Of a stretch of 64,000 nt of DNA, positions 12,348 to 24,534 are shown piece after piece (the stretch's first letter is position 1; each line of letters starts with the position of its first letter). Below the pieces are notes generated by a model that saw only the letters and a program-made list of their open reading frames with translations, had not been told where the DNA came from and made no database searches. Where the stretch lies: assembly GCA_026770705.1 (NCBI GenBank), contig JANJGN010000011.1, forward strand, positions 50,158,001 through 50,222,000, read 5' to 3'. The translations under genes were made by a program, and so were the position numbers. Origin of the DNA: Isurus oxyrinchus. Taxonomy: Eukaryota.

Positions 12348-13402
12348 ATGGATGGGATGCCAATCAATCAGGTTATTTTGTCCTGAATTGTGTTGAGTTT
12401 TTTCAGTGTTCCTAAAACTATACTCACCTGGGCAAGTGGGGAGTATTCATACTTTGGACTTGTGCCTTGTAAATGGTGGAGGGGCTTTGGGGAGTCAGCA
12501 GGCGAGTTACTCACTACGGAATACCCAACCTCTGACCTGCTCTTGTAGCTACAATATCTATGTGGCTGGTCCAGTTGTCTTTCTGGTCAATTGTGATGTT
12601 CAGGTTGTTGATGGTGGGGAATTTGATGATGGCAATGCCACTGAATGTCAAGGGGAACTGGTTGGACTCTGTTATTGGTGGTGGTCATTGCCTGGCACTT
12701 GTGTGGTGCAAACGTTACTTGACACTTAGCAGCTTCAAGTCTGAATACTGTCCAAGTCTTGCTGCATTTAGGCACAAGAGCTGAAGAGTTATGAATGGAA
12801 CTAAACGCTGTGCAATTATCAGTGAACAATACCACCCTGACCTTATAATGGAGGGAAGGTTGTTGATACAGTAGCTGAAGATTATTGAGCCTAGGAAACT
12901 GCCCTGAGGAATTCCTGCAGTGATGTTCTGGGTCTAAAATGATTGACCTCCAACAACCACTACCATCTTCCTTTGTACTAAGTACAACTTCAGGGTGTGT
13001 AAAACTTTCCTCCTGACTCCCACTGACTTCAGTTTTAAGAGCTTCTTTATACCATACTCAGTCAAATGCTGCCTTGATATTAAGGGCAGTCACTCTCACC
13101 TCACCTCTGGAATTTGGCTCTTTTGCCAGTGTTTGGGATAAGGCTGTAATGAGGTCTGGAGTTGAATGATGCTGTGCTGGTAGAACACAAAACTGAGCAT
13201 CTTTGAGCAGATTATTGATGAGTATGTGCCACTTGAAAACATTGTGGATGACACCTTTCATCACTTTGCTGATGACTCAGGATAGATTGATGGGGTGATA
13301 ATTGGGTGGAATGGATTTGCCCTGCTTTTTGTAGACAGGACATACCAGAGCATTTTCCACTTTGTTGGGTTGATGCCAGTGTTACACCTATACTGAAACA
13401 GT

Positions 13403-14070
13403 GGACATAGAATTTAATGGCCCCCAAGTGGCAAGTTTAAAGGTGGGGGGAGTGCATGATGGGAACCCGCTGCTTTCCTGCTCTCGACCGATTAAGTCCG
13501 GGATGGGAAAGCTTGTGGACGGCTCTTAAGTGGGCAATTAATCCCCCCCGGTGGTATTTAACCAGTGGCGAGCAGGTGAATTGCCATGCGAAGGAATCGA
13601 AAAGCAAACCCTATCAGTACCTGCGAGAGACTTGGCATTGGGAAGGGGGAGGGGGGTTGCGGTGGGTGCTGAAGGTCACTCCCCTTTCCTTTCTTCTGAA
13701 CTCACTCCACCCCTAGCTTGTGACCACCCCCTAACCTGCAATCCCCATCTTCCCCTCACTCAATTGCGGTGTGTGCATTACTGGCAGCAGCTACCACTCC
13801 TAGTGGCGCTGATGGGCGTTGACTGACCAGCAGCGCTCACCTGATAGCCACTTAATTCTGACAGGCCTCCCCCAACAGGGGCAATGTGGGGCTTTTGCCA
13901 GTTCTCCAGCTGGCAGGCAAGACTCCTGTTGCCAACATTAAATTTCACTCTCGGGGTGAAATTTTACGACAGCAGGATTTTACGTTCCTGCCGAAGCCAA
14001 TGAGGTTTAGAATGTCTCACTGCAGTTTACGGCCCCGTCCCCACTGAAACGGGGCCGTAAAATTCTGCCC
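13403..14070. mobile_element. Two adjacent Harbinger-type MITEs (about 13403-13950 and 13954-14070)
   Basis: Second element has GGGTGAAATTTTACG...CGTAAAATTCTGCCC termini with TCG/TAG flanks; first has degenerate GAATTTAATG...CATTAAATT termini. Confidence 0.65.
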
Positions 14071-14249
14071 TAGGAGTCTGATCCTACTCTACTGTTAACT
14101 TGGCAAACATTTTCATTTACCTTTTTAAAGTAAATGCCTAATTATCCTACATTAATCCTGCATTACAATTTAGACTGCACTTCAAAAATACTTCATTGTA
14201 TAAAACGCTTTGGGACTTCCTAAGGTTATTAAAGGTCATCCTTTTCTTT

Positions 14250-14690
14250 CTTTCAGTTTCCTTTGGAAATAATTTATAGATTCAGCTTCAAAAACATTTT
14301 GAGGGAGAGAATTCCACATTCTAACCACACTCTGTATAAAGGTTATTATTTTGCTTAAATCCTTTTGGGATTATTTTTAATTTGAGGCATCTTCTAGTCG
14401 ACAAAAATGGTTTGTCTTTGTTTTACAAATTTTTGTTGATCTTGGAGACCTCTATTAAGTCAACATTTTATCTTCTCAGCTCCAGCGAAGAACTTCCCAA
14501 GTCTCTTTTCATAACTGCAATTTCTCATTCCTGGTACAACCCTAGTGAATCTACACTGCACCTATTTCACTGCTCTTCTAACCTTTATATAATAGATTGC
14601 GCCAAACTGAATGCAATACTTCCAACCATGACTAAATTAACATCAAATTCAATATTACCTCCTTGTTTTTGTACTATCTGTCCCTAGGAA
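14250..14690 (-). mobile_element. Old CR1 3' fragment
   Basis: gagggagagaattccacattctaaccac and ctagtgaatctacactgcacc match the reverse complement of the CR1 ORF2 end. Confidence 0.55.
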
Positions 14691-14729
14691 CAAAACCATG
14701 AAGATTTCATTTTCACATTTCTGGTCTTA

Positions 14730-15187
14730 TGTAGTTTCCAGCACGTGCAAACACACCTTACTGTGAACCCGATTGACAACCCTAAATTGCTTGTCAGCGC
14801 AACTGAGGATTATTTAGCAAATGGATTGGACAACATTTGCTGAATAATCCTCAGTGGGCTAAGAATTATGCTGAAAACCAGTTTAGGATTGTAAACACAT
14901 TGCACCTGTTTCAGCTAAACAAAATAAGCGACAGTCATTCACTGACTCATTCCTCAGGGCAATCAGGATCAAGCTACCTAGTTTAAATTTCAAACAATGC
15001 TTGGAAATTAACTGTCAGTCACTATCACTGGTGCATTCTCCATGGCAACACCTCTACCAATCAGACTTCACTTTCCAACCAATCAGCACGCTCTTCTCAT
15101 ACACTATAAGTTGTTGTTTTCCCCTTATATAGGTATTCTTGTGAAGTGTCCTGATGAGTACAAGACAAAAAGCTTCGACATGTCTCT
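14730..15187 (+). mobile_element. Penelope-like element 3' end with an inverted 5' segment
   Basis: IGQHLLNNPQWAKNYAENQFRIV resembles a GIY-YIG C-terminus; 14730-14820 is an inverted copy of the adjacent element sequence; homologous to 43170-43666. Confidence 0.75.
15147..15180 (+). ncRNA. Minimal type I hammerhead ribozyme motif (degenerate), Penelope-associated
   Basis: TGTC-CTGATGA-GT(acaag)AC-aAAA-AGCT-TC-GACA: helix I TGTC/GACA, CUGAUGA core, GAAA mutated to AAAA, palindromic AGCT loop, UC cleavage site. Confidence 0.7.
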
Positions 15188-16242
15188 GAGTGCTATACTT
15201 AGTTGTGCAAATTAGCTAGTCAAATGTGAGTTAAGGAAGGTAAGGTCAAATAGAGGGAAGATAGGGTCAGAGCATCATGATTACTGAGCAGTGGGTGGTA
15301 GGGAGGCTGTTGGTTATTTGTGAGGAACACTAGTTTGCAGTTGATCTGCTGGGATCTATGGAGGTGGGAAGATATGAAGGAATGAACCTACAACAATAAA
15401 ACTCATGTATTTTGATACTTCTTCAGCTCCAGGACATCCCATATATTATTTGGAATAGCAAATGCCCCACAGGTGTTTTGCCTACACTTTTGGTGGGAGG
15501 AATTGGGGTGTGCCATAGGGCAGAATTTTTCCGTCGGCGTGCCGGGGGCAGGACCCACACGCTGACGTGTAAAATGCGCGGTGACATTGGGCGTGCGTCC
15601 CAACGTCCCCACGCGCCATCGTGATATTTCGGTGGACGGGCGTGCGTGCGATGATGTCCGTAGCTTGATTGCCATTAATTTTTGGGCCACTTAAGGCCCT
15701 TGAGGCTCCAATTGACTTGGATTTTAAGGCGCTCGTGCGATCTTCGGCTTGTCGCATGGGTGCAATGGGCAGGCGGGCATCAGAAATTTGCATGAAGCTC
15801 ATCCACAGGCGGGAGAAGAGGGCTCAGTGGGTTTGCGATTCCAGAGATTTAAAAGTTACGGCTCAGAAGTTAGTGAAACTTTCCTGTGTGAGGTGGAAAA
15901 GTTGCAAACGCATAGCAGCTGCTTGGCCTGCACTCATAACCTTCAGGTCAGCACTTTTCAGTGAGGATTTGTTTTGGGGCCTATAGGTTTCAGGAAGCCT
16001 CCCTGAGCCTGCGAATTGGAGGTGATCTCTCCACAGGAGGCACCTCCTCTGAGGAGGAAGGGAGGGCTAGAAGCGGGAGGAGGCCAGGAATGCACATTCA
16101 GCCTGCAGGGGAGCCATCTTTGGGAGAACAGGTGCAGGCACAAGGGGTGCAGGGCCAAGAGGTAGCTCAAGGCGCAAGGGGCTGCAGAAAATGGCACTAC
16201 CCTGCTGCCAGGGTATACAGAGCGTGAAGCACCTACCTCAGT

Positions 16243-16860
16243 ATGTCCGAGGTCCAGTGCCGAAGGAGGCTTCGTCTGTCCAGGGAGACAGTCAACTGTA
16301 TCTGTCAGATGATTGGTCCAGAGATCTCAGCTAACTGTGTGGGTGGACACCCCATGCCAGTGACTCTAAAGGTCACAGCTGCTCTCAATTTCTATGCCTC
16401 CGGCTTTTTCCAAGGGTCTGTGGCTGATCTTTGCGGTGTCTCCCAATCGGCTATCCAGACTTCCATCAAGCAGGTTACAAATGCTCTGTTCAGGTGTGTC
16501 ATGACCTTCATCCACTACCGCTGGGACGAGGGCCAGCCAGACGGAGCGAGCCAGAGGTTTTGAGGCCATTGCTGGCTTCCCCTGCAGACTGCACACATGT
16601 GGCCATCAAGGCACCAGCAGGTGAGCCCGGTGCCTTTGTCAACAGGAAGGCCTTCCACTCCATTAACGTGCAGATAGTGTGTGATCACAGGATGCTGATT
16701 CTGCAAGTCTGTGCAAGTTACTCAGGCAACTCCCACGATGCCTACATCCTCAGACACTCGCAGGTTCCAGGGCTCTTCAGTGCTCCAGCCCGGCTGGATG
16801 GATGGCTGCTGGGTAACAAGGGCTATCCCCTCAGAAGGTGGCTCATGATGCCTCTCCACC
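16243..16860 (+). pseudogene. Harbinger (HARBI1-like) DDE transposase, frameshifted and 3'-truncated
   Basis: MSEVQCRRRLRLSRETV..KVTAALNFYASG..DLCGVSQS; DCTHVAIKAP..NRKAFHSINVQIVCD..HDAYIL..WLLGNKGYPLRRWLMMP, then an abrupt switch to antisense Myb-gene sequence. Confidence 0.9.
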
Positions 16861-18593
16861 ACAGCTGGCATCTCCCCAGTTGTTGCAGCCTCATTGGGTG
16901 CCGTGGTCACTGGCAGAGGGGTGGAGGAGCTGCGGCCCTCATCCAGAGCACCCTGAGAGGCGCCAGCAGAGAAGACAGGCAGCTGCTCTGCCGACGTGAG
17001 GTACGTTTGGCCCTCCCTGCTCATTGTAGATGGATGGGCACCGAGGCGAGATACCTGGTGCCCAAACCATTGCCCACACGAGCACTGATCAAATGAATTC
17101 AGTGCCCCTGTGCGGGATTACAGGTCCGAGTGCAACCCCAGGAACCCCTGATTCTGACCCTGGAACTGCCTCTCCGTGAGAGTCTCCACTCTTTCCATGG
17201 AGGAAGCTTGGCGCTCAGCCATGAGGCTCAATGCATCGGCTATGGTCCGCACAGACTCCTCCACCACTGACACCAAGCCAAGCACAGCCTCATGTATCTC
17301 TCCACCAGATGGTCCCACACGCCCAGCCTCATCTGATCAGTTGGCTGCATCAGCGACAACTCCAGAGGCTCATCATCTGCCACAGACTGAGCATGTGCCT
17401 GGGCCCCTGCAGTCCTCCGAATGCTGGCGCCATTGGCACTCTCTGTCTCCGCCAGCTCCTCCAGCGACTGTGAAGTGCCCTCAACGCTGTGACCCGGGAC
17501 ACTAGCCGAAGATATGATGCCCACTGAGGTGCCAGTATCTGCGCTGCTGCCTGCCTGGCAGAGATGGTGTGAAGCTTCTAATGGTGCAACTTCATGCCCC
17601 TCAGGTGTCAGAGGGGGCCCCTGCTGCTCCTGCTCCCAGCTGTGCGCCAAAGCTGCCAAAAGGAAGAGTAAGGAAATTCGATCAGTTAGTCTGAGAGCAA
17701 TGTCAATGTACATGCCTGTCCCCCGGATCATCATGCACTCATCATTCCAGATGCAATGGGCAAGCCATGTTGGTTATGTCACTCACTCAACAATTAGCAC
17801 TGCCATGGATGTTGGGAGACTACTGGTGATGTGAGTGCTAGCCATACATACCTGCCCGTGGAAGCCCAGTCTCTCTGGCTCCTGTGGACCTGGGCACGTG
17901 GAGCCTCTCCAGGTCGAGGGCCTCCTGTTCAAAACAGCTAAGCAGCAAAATCAGGCCTGGCCCACCACCAGTCCTCAGCCACTTGGCATTGTTACGAGAA
18001 TAATTCTTCTGGAAATGAAAAAATAGCATTGATAATTGATACTTGAACCGTCAATCGCCTGGCGGCCGGCCCACCCCAAGCCCAGTTGCCCATTTCAGGG
18101 GTGCAGTGCATCCTTCCCCCGCTGCTGGCCAGCAATCCCACAGATATGCCAGGTGTGTCCTTCCGCCACCAACCCCACCTTGGCTACATGCTGCCTTCAT
18201 CACAGTTGGGAGCTGCTGTTGTGAGGAGGCACAATGATGTGGAGCGCAGAGGGCAGCACATTCATCTGTGCCTCGCCACCTTGAACATCCCCTCCCATCA
18301 TGTCATCACCCTGACTTCGACATGTCCTGGAGTTCAAGCAGTGCGCCTGGGTGCAGATCCTCCAGGTTGCTCCCACCACAGTCATGTGGGTCTCAGTCCA
18401 CCACATGCTGCGGGTGCAGAACCCATCTCATGATCACCCTCTCTGGCTGACCAATGCATAGGGAATATCTGCTGGGCCACCCAGCAAAGGGCACATGCCG
18501 TCAATGACTCATTGTGCTCAGACGTGTGTGGGGTGCCAACGGGGGAGAAGGTTACATGATAGGTGCAGTGAACGATGCCAACATGCTACTCAC

Positions 18594-18839
18594 CCTTCCC
18601 GTGCGCAGCAGGTCATTGAAGTGTTTGCGGCACAGGGTCCATAAGCGCCGCATCACGTCGTGGGAGCTCACAACCTCCGCAACCTCCTCCAGCGCACACT
18701 TCGTCAAGTGGGGTGGCCTCCTCCTCCTGTGCTCAGGGACATGTACCTCCCACCGCGCTGCCAGCTCCTCGAGGAGGGCAGCAAAGCACTTGTCTGAAAA
18801 CCTGGGCGCACAGTGACCATCCGCCCTACCCTCCTGCAT
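18594..18839 (-). pseudogene. Harbinger Myb/SANT-like DNA-binding gene, first exon; further decayed exons extend to about 16860
   Basis: APRFSDKCFAALLEELAARWEV...ALEEVAEVVSS..RRLWTLCRKHFNDLLRTGR followed by a GTGAGT donor; next acceptor tttccAG at 18009. Confidence 0.82.
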
Positions 18840-20865
18840 GGTTAGCCTTGATGTGCCTTGGCTCCGACCTCTGGCCATGTACAATAGCCTTGGAGCGGTT
18901 GCAGCTTGGCCTTTAAACAGGCCGCCGGGTCGCCATTTGACCTGGTGGTGATTGCCGATCCGCCTCCCCCTGCCCACTCCCGCCGTCCCTGGGAGTCGCC
19001 AAACGCACTGGGTGGGCCTTAGTTGGCCCGCCTGCGTAAAATGGCGGCGCAGCCCCGATCACTGGCAGTGATCAGGTCTGCGACTGCTCCCGCACGGCCC
19101 GTCTGACATGGGGGAAAAGACTCTCCATAACAATGATGGGAATAGTGGTGGTTCCTTGTTAGATGGGAAACAAGCTTACAAGTAGCATAATGTCTGTCAT
19201 AGTCTCACAGCTTTATTTTCTAAAAGTGTTGATCCTTGGTGTGACGCAAGCAAAGGGTATTGGCAACGCATTTTCCAAAGGGGCCATTGGCTTGTCCTCA
19301 GGGTTAGGAGTCCAGATGATTGATTTTCTCGCCCTTTTCCCCACTTGAGCTATGGCACACTGAGTCCATTTACAGGACCATTTGACTGGTATCCGTTGTG
19401 TGAATGAAACATTTTGTATCAATAAACCGACAAAATCATAGCAGGACATAATATTTACTTTTTATTCCAGAGAATTTCTTGTGAATTATTTACTTAGCTG
19501 TTGCTTAGTGTCAACTTTTATCACTGCGTCTGCACCAAACCTTCCAGATGAGCAATAGCATGATTACAATCTTATGCCTTAATCTCAACCTCAAAATAGC
19601 ACACAGTTGCATCAAGGTAATCATTTCTTCGCTCTACCTGTTCCAGAATCCGAGAAAAAATATTTCAAATGCATGTTAATTTAAATTTAATTATACGCAG
19701 TTAAGGTTGAAATTATCCAAATATATTTCACATAAGGTTGTTGCATCTATCAGTCTGTAAAAAAAATTATGTGATAATAACCTACGTCACCTAATTCCCC
19801 CCCAATTAACAAACACTGAGATAATACTGATAATATCTGAAGCCCTCTTGCAGCTCACCATAGGAGTTATAATACGAAGCTCATCATTTAGGGTTCTCTC
19901 ATTTCCATGTCTTAGCCCATTTCTATGTGCTGCTAACTTTCTTCCCTCTCCATTTTACTACGTATCCATTAGTTCTTCAAATTTTCCTCCCCCTTGTATT
20001 CTCGCCACTTTGATATCAAGAGCAATCTTACGATTTGCTAATCTGAGTACTAACTAGCTAGATTCTTTCCTGCATCAACAGCAACAGCTTTCTTGGTTTT
20101 CTTCCCCCTTCAAGGTCATGATATTTGGCTCCTAAGCTTAGCATCACCTATACACTACTTTTTGACTTCCTTTACCCAATTTCTCTTTTCCACAATGATG
20201 GTGTCCCCCACGAAGGATTTTGGCAATTCATTTAGGTTTCTTAATTATCTTAAAGATGTACCAGACTGTAGCTTCTTCTAATGTGTAAAATAGCATCTAA
20301 ATTTAGTGGGACTATAAGAATTCCTTAGCAGTCTTGAGCAGACTCAACTGCCAGCCTGGAGATTAGTTCAAATTCCAGATTTGGAGTAATTTAAGTACAG
20401 ATTTTGAGTTCCATCTCATTGCTAACTTTTGTCTCTCGTTCTCCAAGCCAAAGCTTTGCAACCACAAATCACCATCGATTTAGGTCCAGTCCTCTGGAAA
20501 TTTGATTGCACTACTCACTTTTACATGGAAAGTCATTCTTTTTCAAATGCTTCCAAGTAGTGCTAGTTTAGTTAAAATCATTAAATTAAATAAGTAAATA
20601 AATAACATTAATAGTGATGCCCTTTAAGGGAAATCTAGTCTGCAATGTTTATATATCTTAATATAATGGACTTTCTATTTCTGCTTCAGTCTGTATTCAT
20701 GTCAATTTGAATTACTGCTGCAGTTGTATGCATCAGGAAATTTGATAGAATAATCATGATCAAGGTTCACATGAAAATTTAATTTGTCTGTACTTCTGCT
20801 TCTTAATTTTAATGTATTAATTCAAACATTGGATCACTGGCATTTTATCCTGTTCTCTCCATTAG

Positions 20866-20956
20866 TTGTATGACTCAGCACAGATTGGGAGCTTGTTACA
20901 ATCTGGAACCTCGGAGATTAACTTGACTCTGCAAGGAAGAGGACTTAAGGGAGGAG
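20866..20956 (+). CDS. SACS: Sacsin coding exon (exon 4 equivalent), end of the UBL domain
   Basis: ctctccattAG|TTG...GGAGGAG|GTaatc; 91 bp. Reads LYDSAQIGSLLQSGTSEINLTLQGRGLKGG(G) versus human LSDWIKIGDL...LQSKGLKGGG; phases fit both neighbours. Confidence 0.9.
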
Positions 20957-21438
20957 GTAATCAATTGACTTACAGTATGTGATTCTCATTAGTGTAAATA
21001 AGGCTGACTATGGTAACTTCATTTTAATGCAAGTATATCTGTTCTGTAACAGAATAACTGTGGTAAATTCACTGCTGCAGATCTGCGACAATTTTGAATC
21101 GATCTTGGGTGATCACAATGCAATGGCATTAAATCATCAAATCCTCTCACTATCCTGAAATGCCTGGATGGTTAAAACAAAAATTTTTATAGCAATTTTT
21201 GGCCTTGATATTTTTGGAATCAGTCCATTTTAACTGCTTTCCTATTCCTTTTTTGCTGATCAGGGAGAATTAAAATTCCACTCTTGTCACCACATGACTA
21301 ACCATAACACTTTAAATATGCAGTAGTAAATCTTCTTTCAAAGTGAATGCATATATTTTAATACTGTGATAAGACCAAGCACTAACAAAATCTTGTTATG
21401 TAATTCAATGTGCTGAATCCTGCGTTTGTCTTTAACAG

Positions 21439-21524
21439 GCAAATTTGGACAAACAACACCACCACTTGTAGATTTCCTTAAGGATATTCTGAGGAGGTAT
21501 CCAGAGGGAGGACAGATTCTTAAG
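21439..21524 (+). CDS. SACS: Sacsin coding exon (exon 5 equivalent), start of sacsin repeat 1
   Basis: tttaacAG|GC...AAG|GTgagc; 86 bp. Reads [28 protein letters not shown], near-identical to human. Confidence 0.97.
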
Positions 21525-22148
21525 GTGAGCATCTTTCTGACTTGTTCAGCCCAATTAAAATCGCAGTGTGACATTGCAAATGCTTTTGGATGCCATACTC
21601 AAATGAAACATTGGAAAGGGTTGAAAGAATAGCAACAAGAATGTAAGGAGCTTTGAGAGGTTGAGCTAACTGCTGTGCTGGTGAACAGGTGGGGAAGAGG
21701 ACTGAGCAGAGAACTTAGATGCAATATTTATTTTAAATCTTCAAATGGATTGGCAAATGGAGGACAATTTCTTTACTGCACCAGGAGAAAAGAATCGAAA
21801 TCTGCTTTTAGGTGAATGTAATTTAAAGGGTAACTACTCTTTGGTTAGAAGGGTTTAAATAAATGAACTGGCGTCCGTTGGAGTGAATGCAGATGTTAAA
21901 AGTAGAGATTTACTGGAGAGTACAAGAATTTGGGTTAAAGAAAATAGTGATTAGAATGGGATGAATAGTGTTTACATTATTTCATTGCAGCATCCTCTGA
22001 ATTGATTAGTGTACCAATGGGACATCTTGTGGAGTTGTTACAAAGTTGTGAAAATTTCAAAGCCCACTGAGGTATCTTTGTTGGGTAACAAACCCAAGAT
22101 GCATTAAAATCTACTGTATTTAATATGTTCCTTCATAAGTAAGACATT

Positions 22149-23291
22149 GGGCTGGATTCTATGGCTTCACCATGGGGCGTGTTTCTCATGGGCGGGGCAC
22201 GTAAAATATGACAGGTGGTTGCCAATCACCTTCCCACCCATCCCCAACCCGTTGCCCATAAAATGATGGGTGAGCATGTGCTAAAATTGACAGCCTGCCT
22301 GCCATTTGTAGAAAAATAATTAACGGGCAATTGAGCTTGTTAAGCCAATTGACCTAAATATTACGTTATCCGCGCCAAAGTAGGAGTAAGAAAGGGTGAT
22401 TCAAATGGCGAGAATCAAGTGGACAGCCCGGAAATCCACTGGGGGTAAAGCTCCCCACAAACAGTTGGCCACCAAGGTGGCCCGCAAGAGCACCCCAGCC
22501 ACCAGTGGCACTGCTATTGGCCTGGTACTGTGGCTCTGCAGGAGATCCGCCGCTACCAGAAAACCATTAAGCCGCTGATCCTCAAACTGCCCTTCCAGTG
22601 CCTGGTGCGGGAGATCGCTCAGGACTTCAAGACTGACCTGTGCTTCCAGAGCTTGGCAGTCATGGCCCTGCAGGAATCCAGTGAGGCTTACCTGGCGGGG
22701 CTCTTCGAGGACACCAACCTGTGCGTCACCCATGCCAAGCGGGTCACCATTATGGCCAAGGATATCCACCTGGCCTGGTGGATTGTGGGGGGAGTTGGCC
22801 TGAGCTGAAAGCACCCAAAATACAGTTGGCATGGGCAGTCTGGTGGGGGTGCACAGGCTTTTTTCTAACCAAACTGTTTAAAAGGCAGGAAGGAAGGGAG
22901 GGGTACATCTTTCATGGGGTGCCCTTTATGCATTTGCCCTAAGATGTTATATCCCCCTTGTCACTTTCCACCTGGTCACCAAAACATACATTCCCCCTCA
23001 GGCACCCAACCCCTCCTCAACCATGAAACCTGGACTTACCTCTAAGTCTGGCTTGCAGTCACTGTAGCGCCCACTACTGGATTCTGGTGCTGCTGGGACT
23101 GCTGGAACTACCGGCCAATCTCACGGGTGGGATTTTATCCCACTGAGGAAAAGAAGTCCCATTCTCACCTATTTAATGGCATGTTATGGCAGCGGGGCAG
23201 CCTTGTTTAATATCAGTCTGTCTGGCACCAATATTTCTTCTGGGGCCATGAATGGTATGTCCCCGCCCTCTCAACCTGTAAAATTCATTCC
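22149..23291. mobile_element. Non-autonomous Harbinger-type element containing a histone H3 copy
   Basis: GGGCTGGATTCTA...TAAAATTCATTCC termini with ATT on both sides; arms homologous to 42456-43165 and 59781-60540. Confidence 0.78.
22405..22803 (+). pseudogene. H3: Histone H3 pseudogene of the canonical replication-dependent (H3.2-like) type
   Basis: [29 protein letters not shown], a deletion/frameshift around GVKKP, then [62 protein letters not shown]; xAVM at 87-90 and Ser96; many CpG transitions. Confidence 0.95.
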
Positions 23292-23968
23292 ATTGATTCT
23301 TTGTTTTCACCAAATTCTGTGTCATGCTGGTTGTTGTCAGCATCTCTGTTTAGTTTTGATTTACAAAGTTACATGATATCAGCCTGAATTACAAGTTCCC
23401 ATGTAGGTTCACACGAACTAGTTTCTTAATTTCACAGTCAGTTTCTGAAAGGATTTGGAGCTGCCATTTGACCTGTATACAGTCTTGAATTCAGTGAATG
23501 CCACATACCTAACCAGGTCCAGTGGAATAAATTCAGAAAATACTGGAAATGCGTAGCACGTTGCCACCTGAAAAGATATGCCAGTGTTTTGGTTGGAAAC
23601 AGGTTTATGCAATAATATTTCTAACCTTTTTCCTCACTCTTTTGCAACACTTTTTCTTTTATATCTGTTCTTTTCTTTTCCTATTAATGTATCTCTCTTT
23701 GTGCATGCTTGCAGTTTCTTCTGCCTTCTGCTCTTTTCTTTCCTCCCTCATCCTTCTCTTCTTTTTGCTCTTCATTCTTTACCTCCAACATTTTCCTCTG
23801 GTCTATCAGGCCTGATATAATGGGCAGTATTAGCTTCAGCAAAATGGCTGGTGATGTTAAAAATCCTATATTCTTTTAAGGTTCCCTAGAGCCATTACGG
23901 AGGTTTACAGTAGCTTGGAAGTCCATTAAAATAACCAAGCACATTCTCACTTAATTCTGTGTTTGTAG

Positions 23969-24080
23969 GAATTGATACAAAATGCTGAAGATGCCGGAGC
24001 TACTGAGGTGAAGTTTTTATATGATGAGACAGAATATGGAACAAATTCACTTTGGTCAGAAATGCTGAAGGAATATCAAG
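23969..24080 (+). CDS. SACS: Sacsin coding exon (exon 6 equivalent), GHKL/HSP90-like ATPase N-box
   Basis: gtttgtAG|GAA...CAAG|GTaaga; 112 bp. Reads [37 protein letters not shown](G). Confidence 0.97.
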
Positions 24081-24534
24081 GTAAGAGATCTCCATAACAA
24101 CAGTGATGGCTCCAAATTACAATCAAGGCTTCTTGCTGTAGATCCTGTCTGTGATGACATTGGGAGAATTGTGGCCTTTATAGAACGGCAATCTCTTTAA
24201 CGCTGTTTTAGGTTTTAATCAGTGTGTTTTGCATTTATCTTAGGTAGTCACTATAGAAAGATTGAGGCCTGAATCACTAAACTATGTTGCTTGGATTGCT
24301 GCCAGCGGGCACTATAAACACATTGTCCTCTCATACCAATTCTAACTGCTGAGTTCTGTGCTAACACTTCTAACTTAACGCAATTTACCACCTTTCAAAG
24401 TAAACAGTGGAATAACGTTCTGCGAAATATTAACTTGAGGTTACCATTCAAAGAAGTTACTCAAACTCAGATTACTGGAACCTGATTTTTACACCCAAAG
24501 AATGCTGAAAGAAACAAGGGAAGAAATATTTCAG

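Larger units (their letters stand above)
11369..13400 (-). mobile_element. CR1/L2-group LINE 'family B', interrupted at 11788-12347
   Basis: 3' tail at about 11369; minus-strand QVTFAPHKCQAMT and EVRVTALNIKAAFD; LINE sequence resumes directly after the insert. Confidence 0.85.
15518..19126 (+). mobile_element. Degenerate PIF/Harbinger DNA transposon with convergent transposase and Myb/SANT-like genes, internally deleted
   Basis: Left TIR GGGCAGAATTTT, degenerate right end, ATA on both flanks; both Harbinger genes are recognisable inside. Confidence 0.88.

Noticed and set aside
16431-17096. 221-aa ORF as a domesticated HARBI1-like or novel fusion gene
   Set aside because: It is a frameshifted transposase piece joined by a deletion to antisense Myb-gene sequence; a conserved Asp reads Asn (GNKGY), the final catalytic Glu region is missing, and it lies within TIRs.
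22396-22808. Novel functional histone H3 variant
   Set aside because: Frameshifting deletion across the K36 region, many CpG-type substitutions at invariant residues, no stem-loop or promoter.
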